Translations under genes and position numbers: made by a program | Notes under the pieces: generated by a model | The model's database searches: none | The model's input: only the letters and a program-made list of their open reading frames with translations | Told to the model about the DNA's origin: nothing | In this document: positions 36,220 through 48,400 of the stretch, in pieces | How positions within the stretch are numbered: the stretch's first letter is position 1 | Layout of the letters: every line of letters starts with the position of its first letter | Assembly (NCBI GenBank): GCA_040285825.1 | Contig: JAUPSS010000005.1 | Location: 1,054,001-1,118,000 of the forward strand | From: Eukaryota sp. TZLM1-RC | Lineage: Eukaryota > Protista > Metamonada: BaSk clade | Length of the DNA: 64,000 nt | Direction: 5' to 3'

Positions 36220-38899
36220 TGTAATCTAGATTTAGTTTTAATTCATAATGACGTGGCACTTACTGAAATGTTAGGTGCTAGTATAATAAAGTATCTTATC
36301 CTCTTTTCACGTGAACTAGAAACAGTGATTACTGAAGCATTTAGTACCCCAGAATCATGGCCCAACCCCCGAACACTGTCATGCCAATCCTCACTAACCT
36401 TAGTGTCAAGGCACTATTGACCTATCAAGACGCTATAGAAATGGCCAAGAAGACCATGCCAGGCTGGAAACTTTGTGATGGAATCCCTTCTTCCATACTA
36501 GAGGGGATCTATCTCCATAAACCTGATGCCAACCCAGATAATGAACTTGCTGAGAAAGCAGACGCTGATGCCGAACTAGAAAGTTTTTTTGAAACTCGCC
36601 TCCCATTTCCATCATTTCGATCATTACAAGCCGCCCTGACCGAACTTACACCCGACAACGCCGAGAAAGACACCGAAGCCCGCTACCTCACTTTCGGGAT
36701 GGAGTTTCAGAAGCTTAGGAAACGAGCTTCTCACTTAAACCTGGATGAACAATGGTGGCTACTCTAGTTTGCCGAACGGATTAGACCAATGTCCATCACC
36801 AAAGATTTTGCCAGTCAAATCAGAGCCGGCGCCATCAATGACTTTCCATCATTGGTACAAGAAACGGTCGACGAATGTGCAGCCTTCGAAAGATTTTAGA
36901 GTTAAAAGCCAACCATGAGAAGACCATTTGTCAGTAATACTTCACGAAAGGACTTTCTTCTAAAATTCGAAGAGCGCAGTATTCAGCAAATAAAAACAGC
37001 AATCAAGAACGCCGTACCCCTAACTCTACCTGAGGACAACCAGCAGATTGTGATCACCACCAATACCTCCGCCGTTGGTATAGGCGGTGCAATCTGGGCT
37101 GACCTTTCTGATAACCCCAACGACGCAATACCCCTCGAACAGCGAAAGCTCACTCCTTTGAGTTTCTTCTCTAGAACGCTGAACAAAGCTCAACAACGGT
37201 GGTCTATCAACAAAAAAGAAGTATATGCCATAGTTGCTACTCTTGCATACTCCCCTCTCTCCAACTTCCTTTTAGGAAGACCTATTCTGATCTACACGGA
37301 TCACAGGAACCTGGTCTACTTTGAAACAACAGATTCCTCATTAGTGGCTCGACGGAAACCACTCCTAGCGCAATTCGATTTCAGGATCGTTCACACCCCT
37401 GAAGAATCCAACTTCATTGCTGACATGTTATCAAGGACTGATCTCCCAAAAGATAGAACAGTTCTATCAACGACAGTTGAGAAGCTTACCCCAAAAATCT
37501 TTTCAAAAGAAGTCAAAGAGAATCTTCTAACCGCTGCGCATCAAGGTTGCAGTGGTCACCTTGGACCTGATCGTACTATCGAATACGTCAAGTCACTTGG
37601 TTTAACCTGGCCCGACATTCAAAAGGACGTCAGATTGTTTATTCAACATTGCGGTGTTTGTCAGAAATCCGCAAAAACTTCAAAGACGAAACCAGCTCAC
37701 ACTGGCAGCCTCTACTCCTCTTTACCATTTGAAAGCTTGCATTTAGACGTCATAGATTCGCTACCTACGGACAATGTCAACAACAGGTACATTCTTGTGA
37801 TGACCGATGCATTCACTAGATTCACCCTCCTCGAACCCCTAACGTCCATCTCGGCTGAAGCCACTGCCAATACCCTAGTCTATCGAATCTTCTCTATATT
37901 TGACATCCCCATGAACATACGTCATGATGGAGGCAAAGAGTTTGCCAACGACATTATGAACGGCACTATTACCATTCCACACCATTCCCCATCAAAAGGC
38001 CTAGTTGAACGTAGAAATCAAGAAGTATTGAGTTTAATCAGAAAACTGGCTACCGAATCTAATTATCATAGGGACTGGTCCAGCAAACTCCCATTGATAC
38101 AACTCATACTGAACTCATCTCCAAGCACTGCCACGGGAAAATATTCACCATTTCACCTTCTGTTCGGACACGATACAAGACCAATACGAAATCTTTTAGA
38201 CCTCTTGCAAACACCCTCCAATGACAACCTCTCAGGCACTTCTAGCTCCAAACGCCAATGACTACATCTCTAACCGAACTAGCATCCTTAAGCAGATCTG
38301 GTCCGATGCTGACACCCAACAACACTCTCACACGTCCACCGAAACCCTCGAACACAGTTTTGCATCAGATGACCTGGTTTGATTAAAGAATAGAGCTCCC
38401 AATAAGTTGTTTAAGTTCTTGGGTCCATATCAAATCACCTCAAAACGTTCAAACTCTTCTTACAACCTCAAGTCCATCATATCCGACCAGACTATAACAG
38501 CCTCTACCCATGATCTCATACCTTTTCTTCCCAACGTTTTGAACAACTCAGCTCGTCGATTAGCTGCCTCAGATTTTGACGAATTCATCGTTGAAGATAT
38601 CCTCGACCACACCAATGACCAATGGTATCTGGTTGAATTTTCCCACGGTCCTATTTCTTGACAACCGCTCTCCTCTCTCCATAATGGCAGCAAGATAAAC
38701 TCTCACCTTCGAGACTATGTTACAACTCACGGTATCACCATTCCCTCTCGAGGGAGAAAGAAGAGAACCTTAAAGAAAAAGAAGGGAGAGTCAATGTAAT
38801 CTAGATGTAGTTTTAATTCATAATGACGTGGCACTTACTGAAATGTTAGGTGCTAGTATAATAAAGTATCTTATCCTCTTTTCAGGTGAACTAGCAACA
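36220..38899 (+). mobile_element. Complete but internally deleted Gypsy element (family C): 105-bp LTRs, Gag + RNase H + integrase + chromo-like tail, no PR/RT
   Basis: LTRs 36220-36324 and 38795-38899 (3 mismatches); TSD GAGT; PPT AAAGAAAAAGAAGGGAGAG; motifs TDHRNL, ADMLSR, H..GHLG...C..C, D..TRF, DGGKEF, GLVERRN. Confidence 0.92.
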
Positions 38900-39324
38900 G
38901 AGTACATCAGAATTGTTGATGGAATCATTGAGATAATCAATTTTGCTGCAATTAGAAAACTCTCTTTGAATGAAAATGAAGGAGAAGTTTTGTCATTAGC
39001 CTTGTCGTTTTTCAAACAGTTTTTGATGTAGCAACCGTATTATCAGGGTACCAGTATGTAACTTATGGCATTACATTTTATTTCATAAACATTCTGCGGT
39101 GACAAAGGTGAGCAGAAGTTTTGATCCCTAAAAAAACTCAATGAAGGAAAGTGATGAGTAAAGAAGTGGGGTGTAGAAAGGGAGGAGAAGAAGACTATTT
39201 ACAAGGAGTGCTGTCAGTATGCTGTAGGGTTGCAGTAACGAAATGAAAGTGTCCATGGGAGAAAACACAAGAGCAGAAGGAGAAAAAAGCAGTGAGATCA
39301 GTGAGGCTGAGTGCGATAGGACGA

Positions 39325-40680
39325 TGTAAGTGTATCATAGTTAATCTATCATAGAGGTTGAACTGACATGACTCCAGTGTTAGCTAACGCCAAACCATTT
39401 CGGAAAGTATCATGTTTCCAATCACGTAACCTTTAGTTTAAATTTGTTTTGTACTTTTATATTTTGATTTTCTTATCTCCGTTCCATAAACTCCGTTTTT
39501 AGTCGCCCCGTATCTAGAACATACCGGTCGAGAGTCCATCTCCCGTTATGTTGAGGCGCTGAAGATATACGCTTCACGTATGTTTAATCATGTTTTGACA
39601 TACATGACAAGATACCCGTCTTCCACTAACATCCAGACTTCCAGCAGCTCCTGCGCCCCCTCGTCGTCCTCCCGTCCCACCAAACGCTCTTGTGTAGAGT
39701 CGCTCCATAAGGAGATAGCTGAGCTGAAATCCAGACCTTCCACCAACTTGGAATCTGATATTCTTTTTGGAAGTCCCTCTGAACACGCCACAGTCCTCCG
39801 CAAAGAAACTGAGTCATCTCCTCGCCGAAACTTCTCTAGTGTAAGTGAAATGTTGTAGTGTTAAGTAACCTAGATTAATTTTAGTCCTGACTTTATTTTC
39901 TCCCTCTGTCCTGATAGGGGTTCTTTCCTGTATAAAGGTTTTCCCCTCTCTCTTTATGTTTCCAAGTGCACAAACAATAAGTCCAACACTAGTTTGACTC
40001 AACCTTCTGACTGTTCTGACAACGAAGAATCCTGCCCTCCAAGTTCCAACCTTCAGTCTTACCAGCTAAGACAAATCACTTCCGAAGAGCATCTCCACCA
40101 AGCCATGCTTCCTCACGTTCTCTTTACCATTTCACCAAATGTGTTAGAAACGTTTGAAATTTTTGAAGGTGTGGACCCCCGTCCCCTCTGCTGTACTCCC
40201 TTATCTACTCTCGTTCTGTCAAAACGCAGATCCTGCAATAACCTATCAGAAATTCCACAATCTCCGAATGAACCTCTCCTATCCCACCTCCTCTGAACCT
40301 ATTGCCTCCTACATCTCCCTATTTTTGAAAATTATCCGTTCCTGCTCTTCAACTCTTCCTGAACCTGCCAAGGTGAAGTTTGTCATCAATGGTATCCGCC
40401 CTGACAAGCTCCGTTTTGTTATCTGCTCCGACGTAGACACTGGCTTGAGCGACAGCTTCTCCGGAGTAGTCTCCCACCTCCGCAAGCTCCTTCCCTCTTA
40501 TCATCTTCCGTATTCTGCTTACTACACTATTCATAACCTATCCTCCTACTCGCTCTCAACCCTCTCGCAGATTCCAGCCCACTCGCTCAACTCCTCGCCA
40601 GTCCCAATCCACTCCCATCCATAAGTCTTCCCTAACAAGAAAGCTGTTTCCTCACAGCCTCCCAGATCCGCCACGCAATA
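39325..40680 (+). mobile_element. Degraded Gypsy 5' region and gag (related to the gag at 1821), interrupted by a solo LTR
   Basis: VAPYLEHTGRESISRYVEALKIYASRM aligns to VAPILRSADRSSCSRFVDELRDFAVRM; GIRPDKLR and LLPSYHLPYS align to GIRPESLK and LLPDYHRPYS. Confidence 0.75.
39840..39988. repeat. Solo LTR (149 bp) with CTAG TSD
   Basis: CTAG|TGTAAG...CCAACA|CTAG inserted in gag. Confidence 0.8.
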
Positions 40681-40684
40681 CTTC

Positions 40685-41297
40685 ATGTCCTTCAAGCCTG
40701 ATAGTGCAAAGTTTGCAACCGCTGAAAACTATCTGGATGATTTGGATGTTGAATTTCTATCATCAAAACACAAAGTACACATTGATCCTGGTAAAAATGA
40801 TTTACTGTATTGTTGTGGCCAAAAATGATTCAAACTTAATGCAAAAAAACAACTAAAAAAAGATAAACAGCATGAGTGGCTGAGATTGACAGAATTGGAG
40901 TGGTCAAGGGTATCGAGAGTTCACCAAATAATTCAGAAAATTTCAAAAGGAAAGAGTAGATTTTACCCAACGGAATCACAGTGGAAGAAACAGAAGCTAA
41001 ATTATCAAAAGAATCACCAAAATCTTCCATTTGTAATATTTTCTATTCTTATGTTGCTTCCAAGCTGACAAACATGACATTTACATCTGAGTACTACTGT
41101 TTAATGATATGGTGTATTCATGAAATGCAAAAATATGTCCATCATCAGAAAACAGAGACTAAGTTATTAAAAGGAATGGCTGCAAAGCAATAGAAGCAAG
41201 AAAACACTATTCTAATGTTTGGTGACAATGGGAAAAAGAGAAAGAATTTGAAGCATCATCGATCAAGTAGAGGAGTTGGATGGAGAAATTTCTTTAA
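40685..41297 (+). pseudogene. Fanzor fragment (copy 2)
   Basis: Homologous to 29925-30510: HKVHIDPGK, LTELEWSRVSR, LMFGDNG, GVGWRNFFK. Confidence 0.8.
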
Positions 41298-41299
41298 AG

Positions 41300-42926
41300 T
41301 ACTAAATCAACCAAGCTTCTTTGAGACTTGAAACAAACTCTATTACATTCAAGGAACTCCGCAAACAAACACCAAGGGAATCACAAGGCTCAACTCACTA
41401 ACCATAACACTGTGTTCAATGTTGGCGACTTAGTATTACGTCGAGGAACCAATAAGAACAAGTGTATCAAGCATACAGGACCGTTCGTAGTCAAATTTTA
41501 GGCTCTAACGGTTACAATATATCCAGTATCATCAACGAAAGCACTGTTTGTTGTGGTGTATTTGAAATAGATTCGCAGATTCAGTTTTATTATAAATCTT
41601 CCTTTACTTTATCAGGTGTGTACACTTAACCTACAGTAACGTTACTGTATACTGTTGTATCCCCTCCTTGTATCTCCTCGCAGACTGATGAAACACCATC
41701 AATCCAACAACTGTATTCCTGAGTTGACCAAAGCCGATACCGAGAGTATTGCAGCGTTCCTGCACGAATACTCTGTATACAAGCTGAGGGTCGGAACGAA
41801 GGATGCGGTACCGATGAGATCATGCATTGATTCGTTTTTGTTGGATAGTCTTGCTATCTGTAGTGACTCCATCAAGAGATCTGATGCTGAATTACTGAAG
41901 TTCCTTGAAGTTTCCAGAGGTTATCCTTCTATTGAAGAAGCTTATGCCGCATTTGACCGACTCCAAATGGATTCCGCCATTAAAGAAGCAAGAGCCAGAG
42001 TCCATGACTATGTACGCGGATTCCTGGCTATTAAAGGGAGAGCATCTCTGTTTGAAATACCATCAACTTCGCTCCTTTGCCGTTTCTAACCTACTGGCCT
42101 TTCACGTTCTCTTTATCTCCGTGTGAAAGATGAGCTTATCACCTCTCTTTCCGACTTGGTTGAAGCGACGACTGCGGACTTGATAGACTTGGAGCGCACC
42201 CAGCGTTGGAGTAAGCAAACTGAGCACGGACGATGTCATTCCTCCATTGAAAACTGCCCGCCGCAACGAAGCCCTAAAACGCAAGTTGTGTTTTAGGTGC
42301 TAGAAGTCTGGACATTTTGCTTCAGCATGCCCCAATAAGCCCATGAAGACTGAACAGATCAACCACATCTCTGATTGTCAAGGTCCCAGTTGGATGCTCA
42401 ACCCACTTTCGTGAAGTCAACAAAAACTGAGAAGAAGCAGTGTTGTGGTGAATTTGAAATAGATTCGCAGATTCAATTTTATTATAAATCTTCCTTTACT
42501 TTATCAGGTGTGTACACTTAACCTACATTTTAATGTATCACAATATCAACTACTTCCATTCGTACAAATGAACTCAACGACAATGCTAGGAAACTTGCGG
42601 CTCTCGATTGATCAGAATTCGTTGTTGACGGAATCATCGATCACTACGTTGAAAATGACGACTACCTATTCTTGGTCAAATTTCTCCATGGACAACGATT
42701 TGGCAACCACTCGAAAAACCTACGAGATGCTTATCGTATCAACCAAACATTATTAGACTACTGCTGTCATAAAGATATCAAACTGCCCACCAGAAAGAGG
42801 GGAAGAAAAAAGTGCAGAGAAAACCAGCTTACGAAAAGGACAAGTGTAGTGTAGAAATACGTTGTAGCCACATAAACATAGTTTATTAGTTATATTTGTA
42901 TCAATAAAGTATTCTTCTCCATTACA
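41300..42926 (+). mobile_element. Gypsy integrase/chromo tail + PPT + probable 3' LTR (~42845-42926), split by the 41549-42527 insertion
   Basis: EFVVDGIIDH...YLFLVKF chromo-like segment, basic tail RKRGRKK, then TGTAG...ATTACA. Confidence 0.6.
41549..42527 (+). mobile_element. 979-bp Gag-only non-autonomous LTR element (family D), 87-bp LTRs
   Basis: LTRs 41549-41635 and 42441-42527 (2 mismatches); TSD TGTT/TTTT; PPT GAGAAGAAGCAG; gag with CFRC*KSGHFASAC knuckle. Confidence 0.88.
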
Positions 42927-42972
42927 GCAATGCCTCTGCTGCATGGAGAGACAAACTCGAGAGTATGACCAG

Positions 42973-44756
42973 TGTTGTAATGTGGACAACTAGTGTAGTA
43001 TAGACTTCACTAGTGACGGCCTTTATAAGGGCCAGCGAAATTTTATAAATAGCTTCCATCTATATTCTGTTATGTCTAACCACTCAGCATCATTAATTAA
43101 TGGCTACAATGGCCTTGATTATAACAGCATCAGTCCTCCCGCCAAAAAGAGTAATCCTTCCTCACGGAACAGCAGTCCTCCTCATAAGGACAGTCCTCCA
43201 AAGGAGAGTAACTTCCCGCTGAGAAGAGCCTAACCCTTCATGGGCAGAAATTTCTACGGTCTCAGAAAGGAAGTCGCATCCCTCATAAGAAGAGTGGTCA
43301 TTCTGCAGAGGATGGCTCAAAGACATAAACTAATTATCCGTACAATCCTCTAGAACTCCAGATCATACCTGGTAGCAACATACCTGGTACCTTGATCGGA
43401 AGAGACTAGTGACAAACCTTGAAGCTATGCACGGAGCACGGGTTCAACATTAGTTCGGGAACATCACACCATCTTGAATGCTGAATGTGAGCTCGATAGT
43501 AGAATATGTCAACCAACTTGATTCATTGAACAATTAGGTAATAACTCAAACTTAGGTAATTATTTGGGGCACTACACAATCAGACATGATTTAGATGAGT
43601 TGTGCTGTAGAATATGGAAGACATTAGGGGTTCATCTCTATCTCTTGCCGAAAAGTAATGTTGACTCGTGCTTCTTTTAGTCAAGAATGTTCCCACAATA
43701 TTTCAAAACCAATTTGACAAGAATCTTCAACATCGAAGGAATATTTATTTATATGGATAACTTGATGTCAGCTGCTGACACCAAACCTTAATTCTTGTCT
43801 CGCCTGGATAAACTCTGCTCTCTATCCGACTAATACAGAGTGCGCATCGGCCTTCATAAGTGCGCGTTCCAAACTAAGGACCATTCAATCAAGGTCCTGG
43901 GTACTTTTTTTGAAAATGGTACAAGGAAGATATACCCTTCACGAAAAAAAAACGGTTAGGAAACTGTCTCTTCCTCCTTCTACACCCGAACTAACATTTT
44001 TCAGGCTCAGTAAACTTCGTTTGCGACTGGTTTCCTTCTGTCAGCGCTGAACTTGTCCCCTTGACCGCTTTGCTTCAAAAGAAACCCAGGAAGATTAAAC
44101 TTGGTAAAAAGGAAATCAAATGTTTCGAAAACATAAAACACATGCTGATCAATAGTACTCCTCTTGCTCTACCAGATGCTGACTCCACTATCTGAACCTT
44201 TACGGACGCTTTAGATACAGCAATTGCTGGTATTATTTGGAAGGAACTTGAACCTTCCACACCTGGAACCTGCCTGACCAAATGTAAGGTCGCCCCTATA
44301 TCTTGATACTCTCGAATGCTCACAGAATCTCAACAGAACTGATCAACTATGCGAAAGGAACTAATTGCTATAGTGATGAGTCTGAACCAACCTTATCTAT
44401 CTTCTTTACTTATGACAAAACATCTCACTATCTTTTGCGACAATCTTTCAAAAATCTGTCTTATCTGTTGTCCTGCCCTGATGAAAACCGTGTCGTTTTA
44501 CAGTGGATACCGGTTCTCCGATCCTTTGAATTCGATATTGCTAATATCGAAGACCGTCAGAATTTCTAGGCTGATTACTTATTTAGAAACTAAACTTGAA
44601 ACTCCTATCACCACCGAAAAGAAGAAAATGAACACCAGAAATAATACCATTCGTACTGAACCTGTTGCTGAAGCCTGCTGCACTTTGCTTCGACCCAATA
44701 CGGTTATGAAAACGATCCCTCAAGTTTGTTCAATTACCTCAACCAAGCTGAAATAG
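42973..44756 (+). mobile_element. Family A-type 5' LTR (42973-43092) followed by degraded gag-pol (RT, RNase H)
   Basis: LTR homologous to 1521-1655; RT FIYMDNL near 43750; RNase H TDALDTAIAG; many stops. Confidence 0.8.
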
Positions 44757-47700
44757 ATGCTCATTATAGTTCTTGGTACAATCTTTCACAAAATTAACAC
44801 CACAATTATCAAAATGTAAAAAAGGGAATATTTGGAAAAACTTTAGACAACATAAACAATTAACATATACAAAGAAACCGATTTTACTCATCTATTGATG
44901 TCAAGCAACATTTTCATAAACAAAAACCATTGAATTGAAACATTGAGATGAGTCCGCAAGGTGAGGTTTCATCAACCTAAAACACTCCTGCATAATGTCA
45001 AAAGCATCAGAATTAATTAATTGGTCAAATCTCCTAATATCAACAAAGTTCTTAATTTGGTCAGCAAACAGCTCCTTGCGTCTCCTAGACTTGTTGTTAT
45101 CCCTAAGATCTGATATGGTGCTATACACAAGAGAATCAATTTTGTTAGAGTCGAGAACACTGTCTGGTATGAATTGATCACAAAGACTGGAAAAAGCATC
45201 AACAAATGCTGCAATTCTGACTTCTAAATTACGAACATTTCTTCCTTTAATGGTGAGAAGTAGATTATCAATAGCTTCAAATCCTGCTGGTTTTCTAGGA
45301 ATACTTATCTTTCCATCTTTGGAGGGCACAAGCCATCAGAAGACCAATTCAAGAGAGAGAGATCAAATGAAGGCGAGGTAGCATAAAGCCGCTGTAGGAA
45401 GTCTTCTACAGAAGATGAAGGATAAGTTGACAAGATTTCCTTGACATCATTCGACACAAGAGAACGGCTGAAAAAGCGACCAAAATTGAATATGTGCTTG
45501 TTATACAGAGTTGAATAACGAAAAGGTGCTTCTAGACAATAAGAACGAGGAAGATTCAAGAGGCATGCAATCCAAGATTTTGGGTTGCCGTGGAAGAAGC
45601 ATAATCGATGAAATTTGAATAGTGGCGCAAAGGGTAGACTCACGCATCTTCATGGCCACTGAAACATCATTTCATGAATTTGTAGTAGTTGGAACTGAGT
45701 TTAGACTGAGATTTACAATTGAGTATGGATGTATCACAGAAATGATGCCTACAAATGGGCGCCAGACAACCACAGAAGTCTTGTTACATCAAAGAAATGA
45801 AGTTGATTGTTGCATAATTGTTGTCATCATGACCACTCCATCCCAGCAGCATCTTCTTACTTGGATTCTTGGCCAAGATTTTTTCTCTAATGACTGCTCA
45901 GCTATATTCTATTTCCGACGCTCAACATCTGCTGAAATACATCCTCAAGCTCCTTGAAACACACCAAAACTCTAATGCTCTGGCTATTTTTTTTGAGCTT
46001 CGTGAACATCTGATATGTCCATCTTATGAATACTTCTATCTTTTGGAAACATTCAAGTATCACGATGATCACAATTCACATTGTTCTGAACATCAGTTTT
46101 TTTCAAGTTCAATTCTCTTGATGAAGTGCCACTCTTTCTTCCTAGAAGGAACAATCAGTCTACGAGAGAGTTTTTGGCCAATAATTACTTTTCTATGTTG
46201 CCGCATCTTAACTGTGACACATGGTTTGCAAATTCTTCTATGCCTCTTGCTGTCATATCTCGTTTTGTGTTTTTAACTTTATCCTTTATCAAAACCAATG
46301 AATTAGTGTCTGCTTGTTCGGCTGTATTGATTTTATTTCAATTATGTATTTTATACAACCCCAGTGATTTTTTCAAATTACTTAAGTGTCTTTCTCTCCT
46401 TGCTGATGTCGGTTCTCGTTCTTTTGACCAATCTACCTTGTCAGAGTCACTTGAAACTGTGTTCTGTCCTGATCACAGATGGACTGTTCTCAAGACAAAG
46501 TTAGAACAACTTTTGAAATATAAGTGTGCTGATGTGATCAATGACTTCACTCCTCTGCCTTAAAAACACTCCAAATCCGCTTTTTGTCTCGTTGCTGCCG
46601 CCTCTGAATCCCATCAATGTCAATCTTATGATTGCATCTTATTCAACAAAGCTCACTCACCAAGCTCAACCTTCCATAAAAAACCGCTGATCACGGCATT
46701 AGACCAAGGAATCTCCTTACAAACCGACAACAACAGAGTTTGTTTCAGTAGAGATTTCCTCTTTGCTCACTGTTTTTATCTACTAGACCATTCTGGACAA
46801 GATATGCAGAAATTCAACTGGGTTAGAAGAGACGAGGCTTTTGTTGACCCACGTTTGAAACTGCTTAATTAATACTTATTTTTGTTTGCTATGATATTCT
46901 GACAATTTCAAATGCGATACATGGCCTCCAACGGTTTCATGGGACGCCTTTATCTTTGATGACCAACGTTCTCTGAATCCTGTCACTAACACTGTTCTTT
47001 TCTAAGAATGTTTGCTCATTACTTAAGTGACTACTCCTTTCTCTTCTGATACAGTTATGGAATGGGATTAGTCTAAATGGACCAAGTATTCCTATCTATA
47101 AAAAAGTATTCATGTCTTTACTTATAAAACAGGTAATTCCACAGTTCTGGGTATTCGACTTGCTATATTGGCAAACAACAGCTCCACAGCCAGTTCTTGT
47201 GCCAAATCCTTACCGAATAATTATGAAAATAATTTCAGAGGGTAAAAGCAATATTTTTCAATAAACTTACAAAGATCCAAAAACATGTGGACTATACAGA
47301 CACACGTGATCAGATGTTTCTTGACCGTAATCAAGCTCACACAGTCAAGTACTGCATGATTGTTGATTGCTCAGTCGTTTATGTATTTATGAACAGAAAC
47401 CCCTCATAAGGAGAATTACTCTCAATATGCGGTAGAAACTCTGAAATTGATGACAAAAAATGAATCTAGTCAAACTCTAGTAAGACATAAGATGGCCGAT
47501 AAGAACGATACTAAATAACAATAAATAAGAAGTTATCTGGAATACAAACTTATTTCAAAGAGAAAACCAAACAAAGCAAAACTTTTAAATCTTATATGAA
47601 AGCGTAAAAAGTATCTTCATTGACAACTGCAGAGATAAGTTGTGGTAAAATTCAAATCGTAGGCTTTTCTAAATTGACTACTGCTTTACTCATTAAGTTA

Positions 47701-48049
47701 ATAAAACTAGAAAAAAAATTAAAAAAAAATTCTAAAAGAAATATTGATAAAAAAATATTGATAAAAAAAGAATACTCATAAAGAAAAATCCAAAAAAACA
47801 GTAGGCAAGCAAATAAATAAATTGAATGGAATTTAGTAAAAAACAAACAATCATTTACACGCATTTACTAGTGAATACATTGATATCAACAAAACAAAAT
47901 GAAAAGATTCAATGGAATGGGTGTAAGCATAGATAGATTAGCCAAGTCTAGTGTTCAATTCCCGGTGAGAGCAAAATTAAAATGCTTCTGGCAACAAGTG
48001 TCTTAATTGTTTTATGTCTACTCTCCTCTCTGTTGTGACCAATGTATCT

Positions 48050-48400
48050 GTGACCATTGTATCTTGATGAGAACCTGTTCAGGTACATCAATCCAATGGC
48101 GTTTCTTTCTTTTCATCAAAATATTTCCACACTCTAGTGGTACGGAACGAACAGCTTCGTTCATATGGGCATAACCATTTCGGTATCGACTTTCTACTGC
48201 TTTTTGAGTTCAGGACAGCTTGGAGACGGCACTAGCAATGATAGAAACACGATGATCAGTGTTCAAGGTGTTACATTCGCTCCAAACTTATGAGCCACTG
48301 GTAGATCACATTCGATAGTGATGGACGTCTTTGGCTCCATTTAAGCATGCAAGAAACAATGTGTACTTCCAATTGGGACGTTCTTCGGAAAACAACCCCA
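48050..48400 (+). pseudogene. RCC1-repeat protein fragment
   Basis: SGQLGDGTSNDR, ATGRSHSIVMD.FGSI and YFQLG; the partner copy reads AWGSNVYFQLG. Confidence 0.7.

Noticed and set aside
39374-39391. Fifth palindromic PBS (CAGTGTTAGCTAACGC)
   Set aside because: The core GTTAGCTAAC is symmetric, but there is no closing TG and the LTR end cannot be fixed without a second copy.
44901-47200. Divergent ORF cluster (possible transposon accessory or protease genes)
   Set aside because: Fragmented, with no motif I can recognise confidently.
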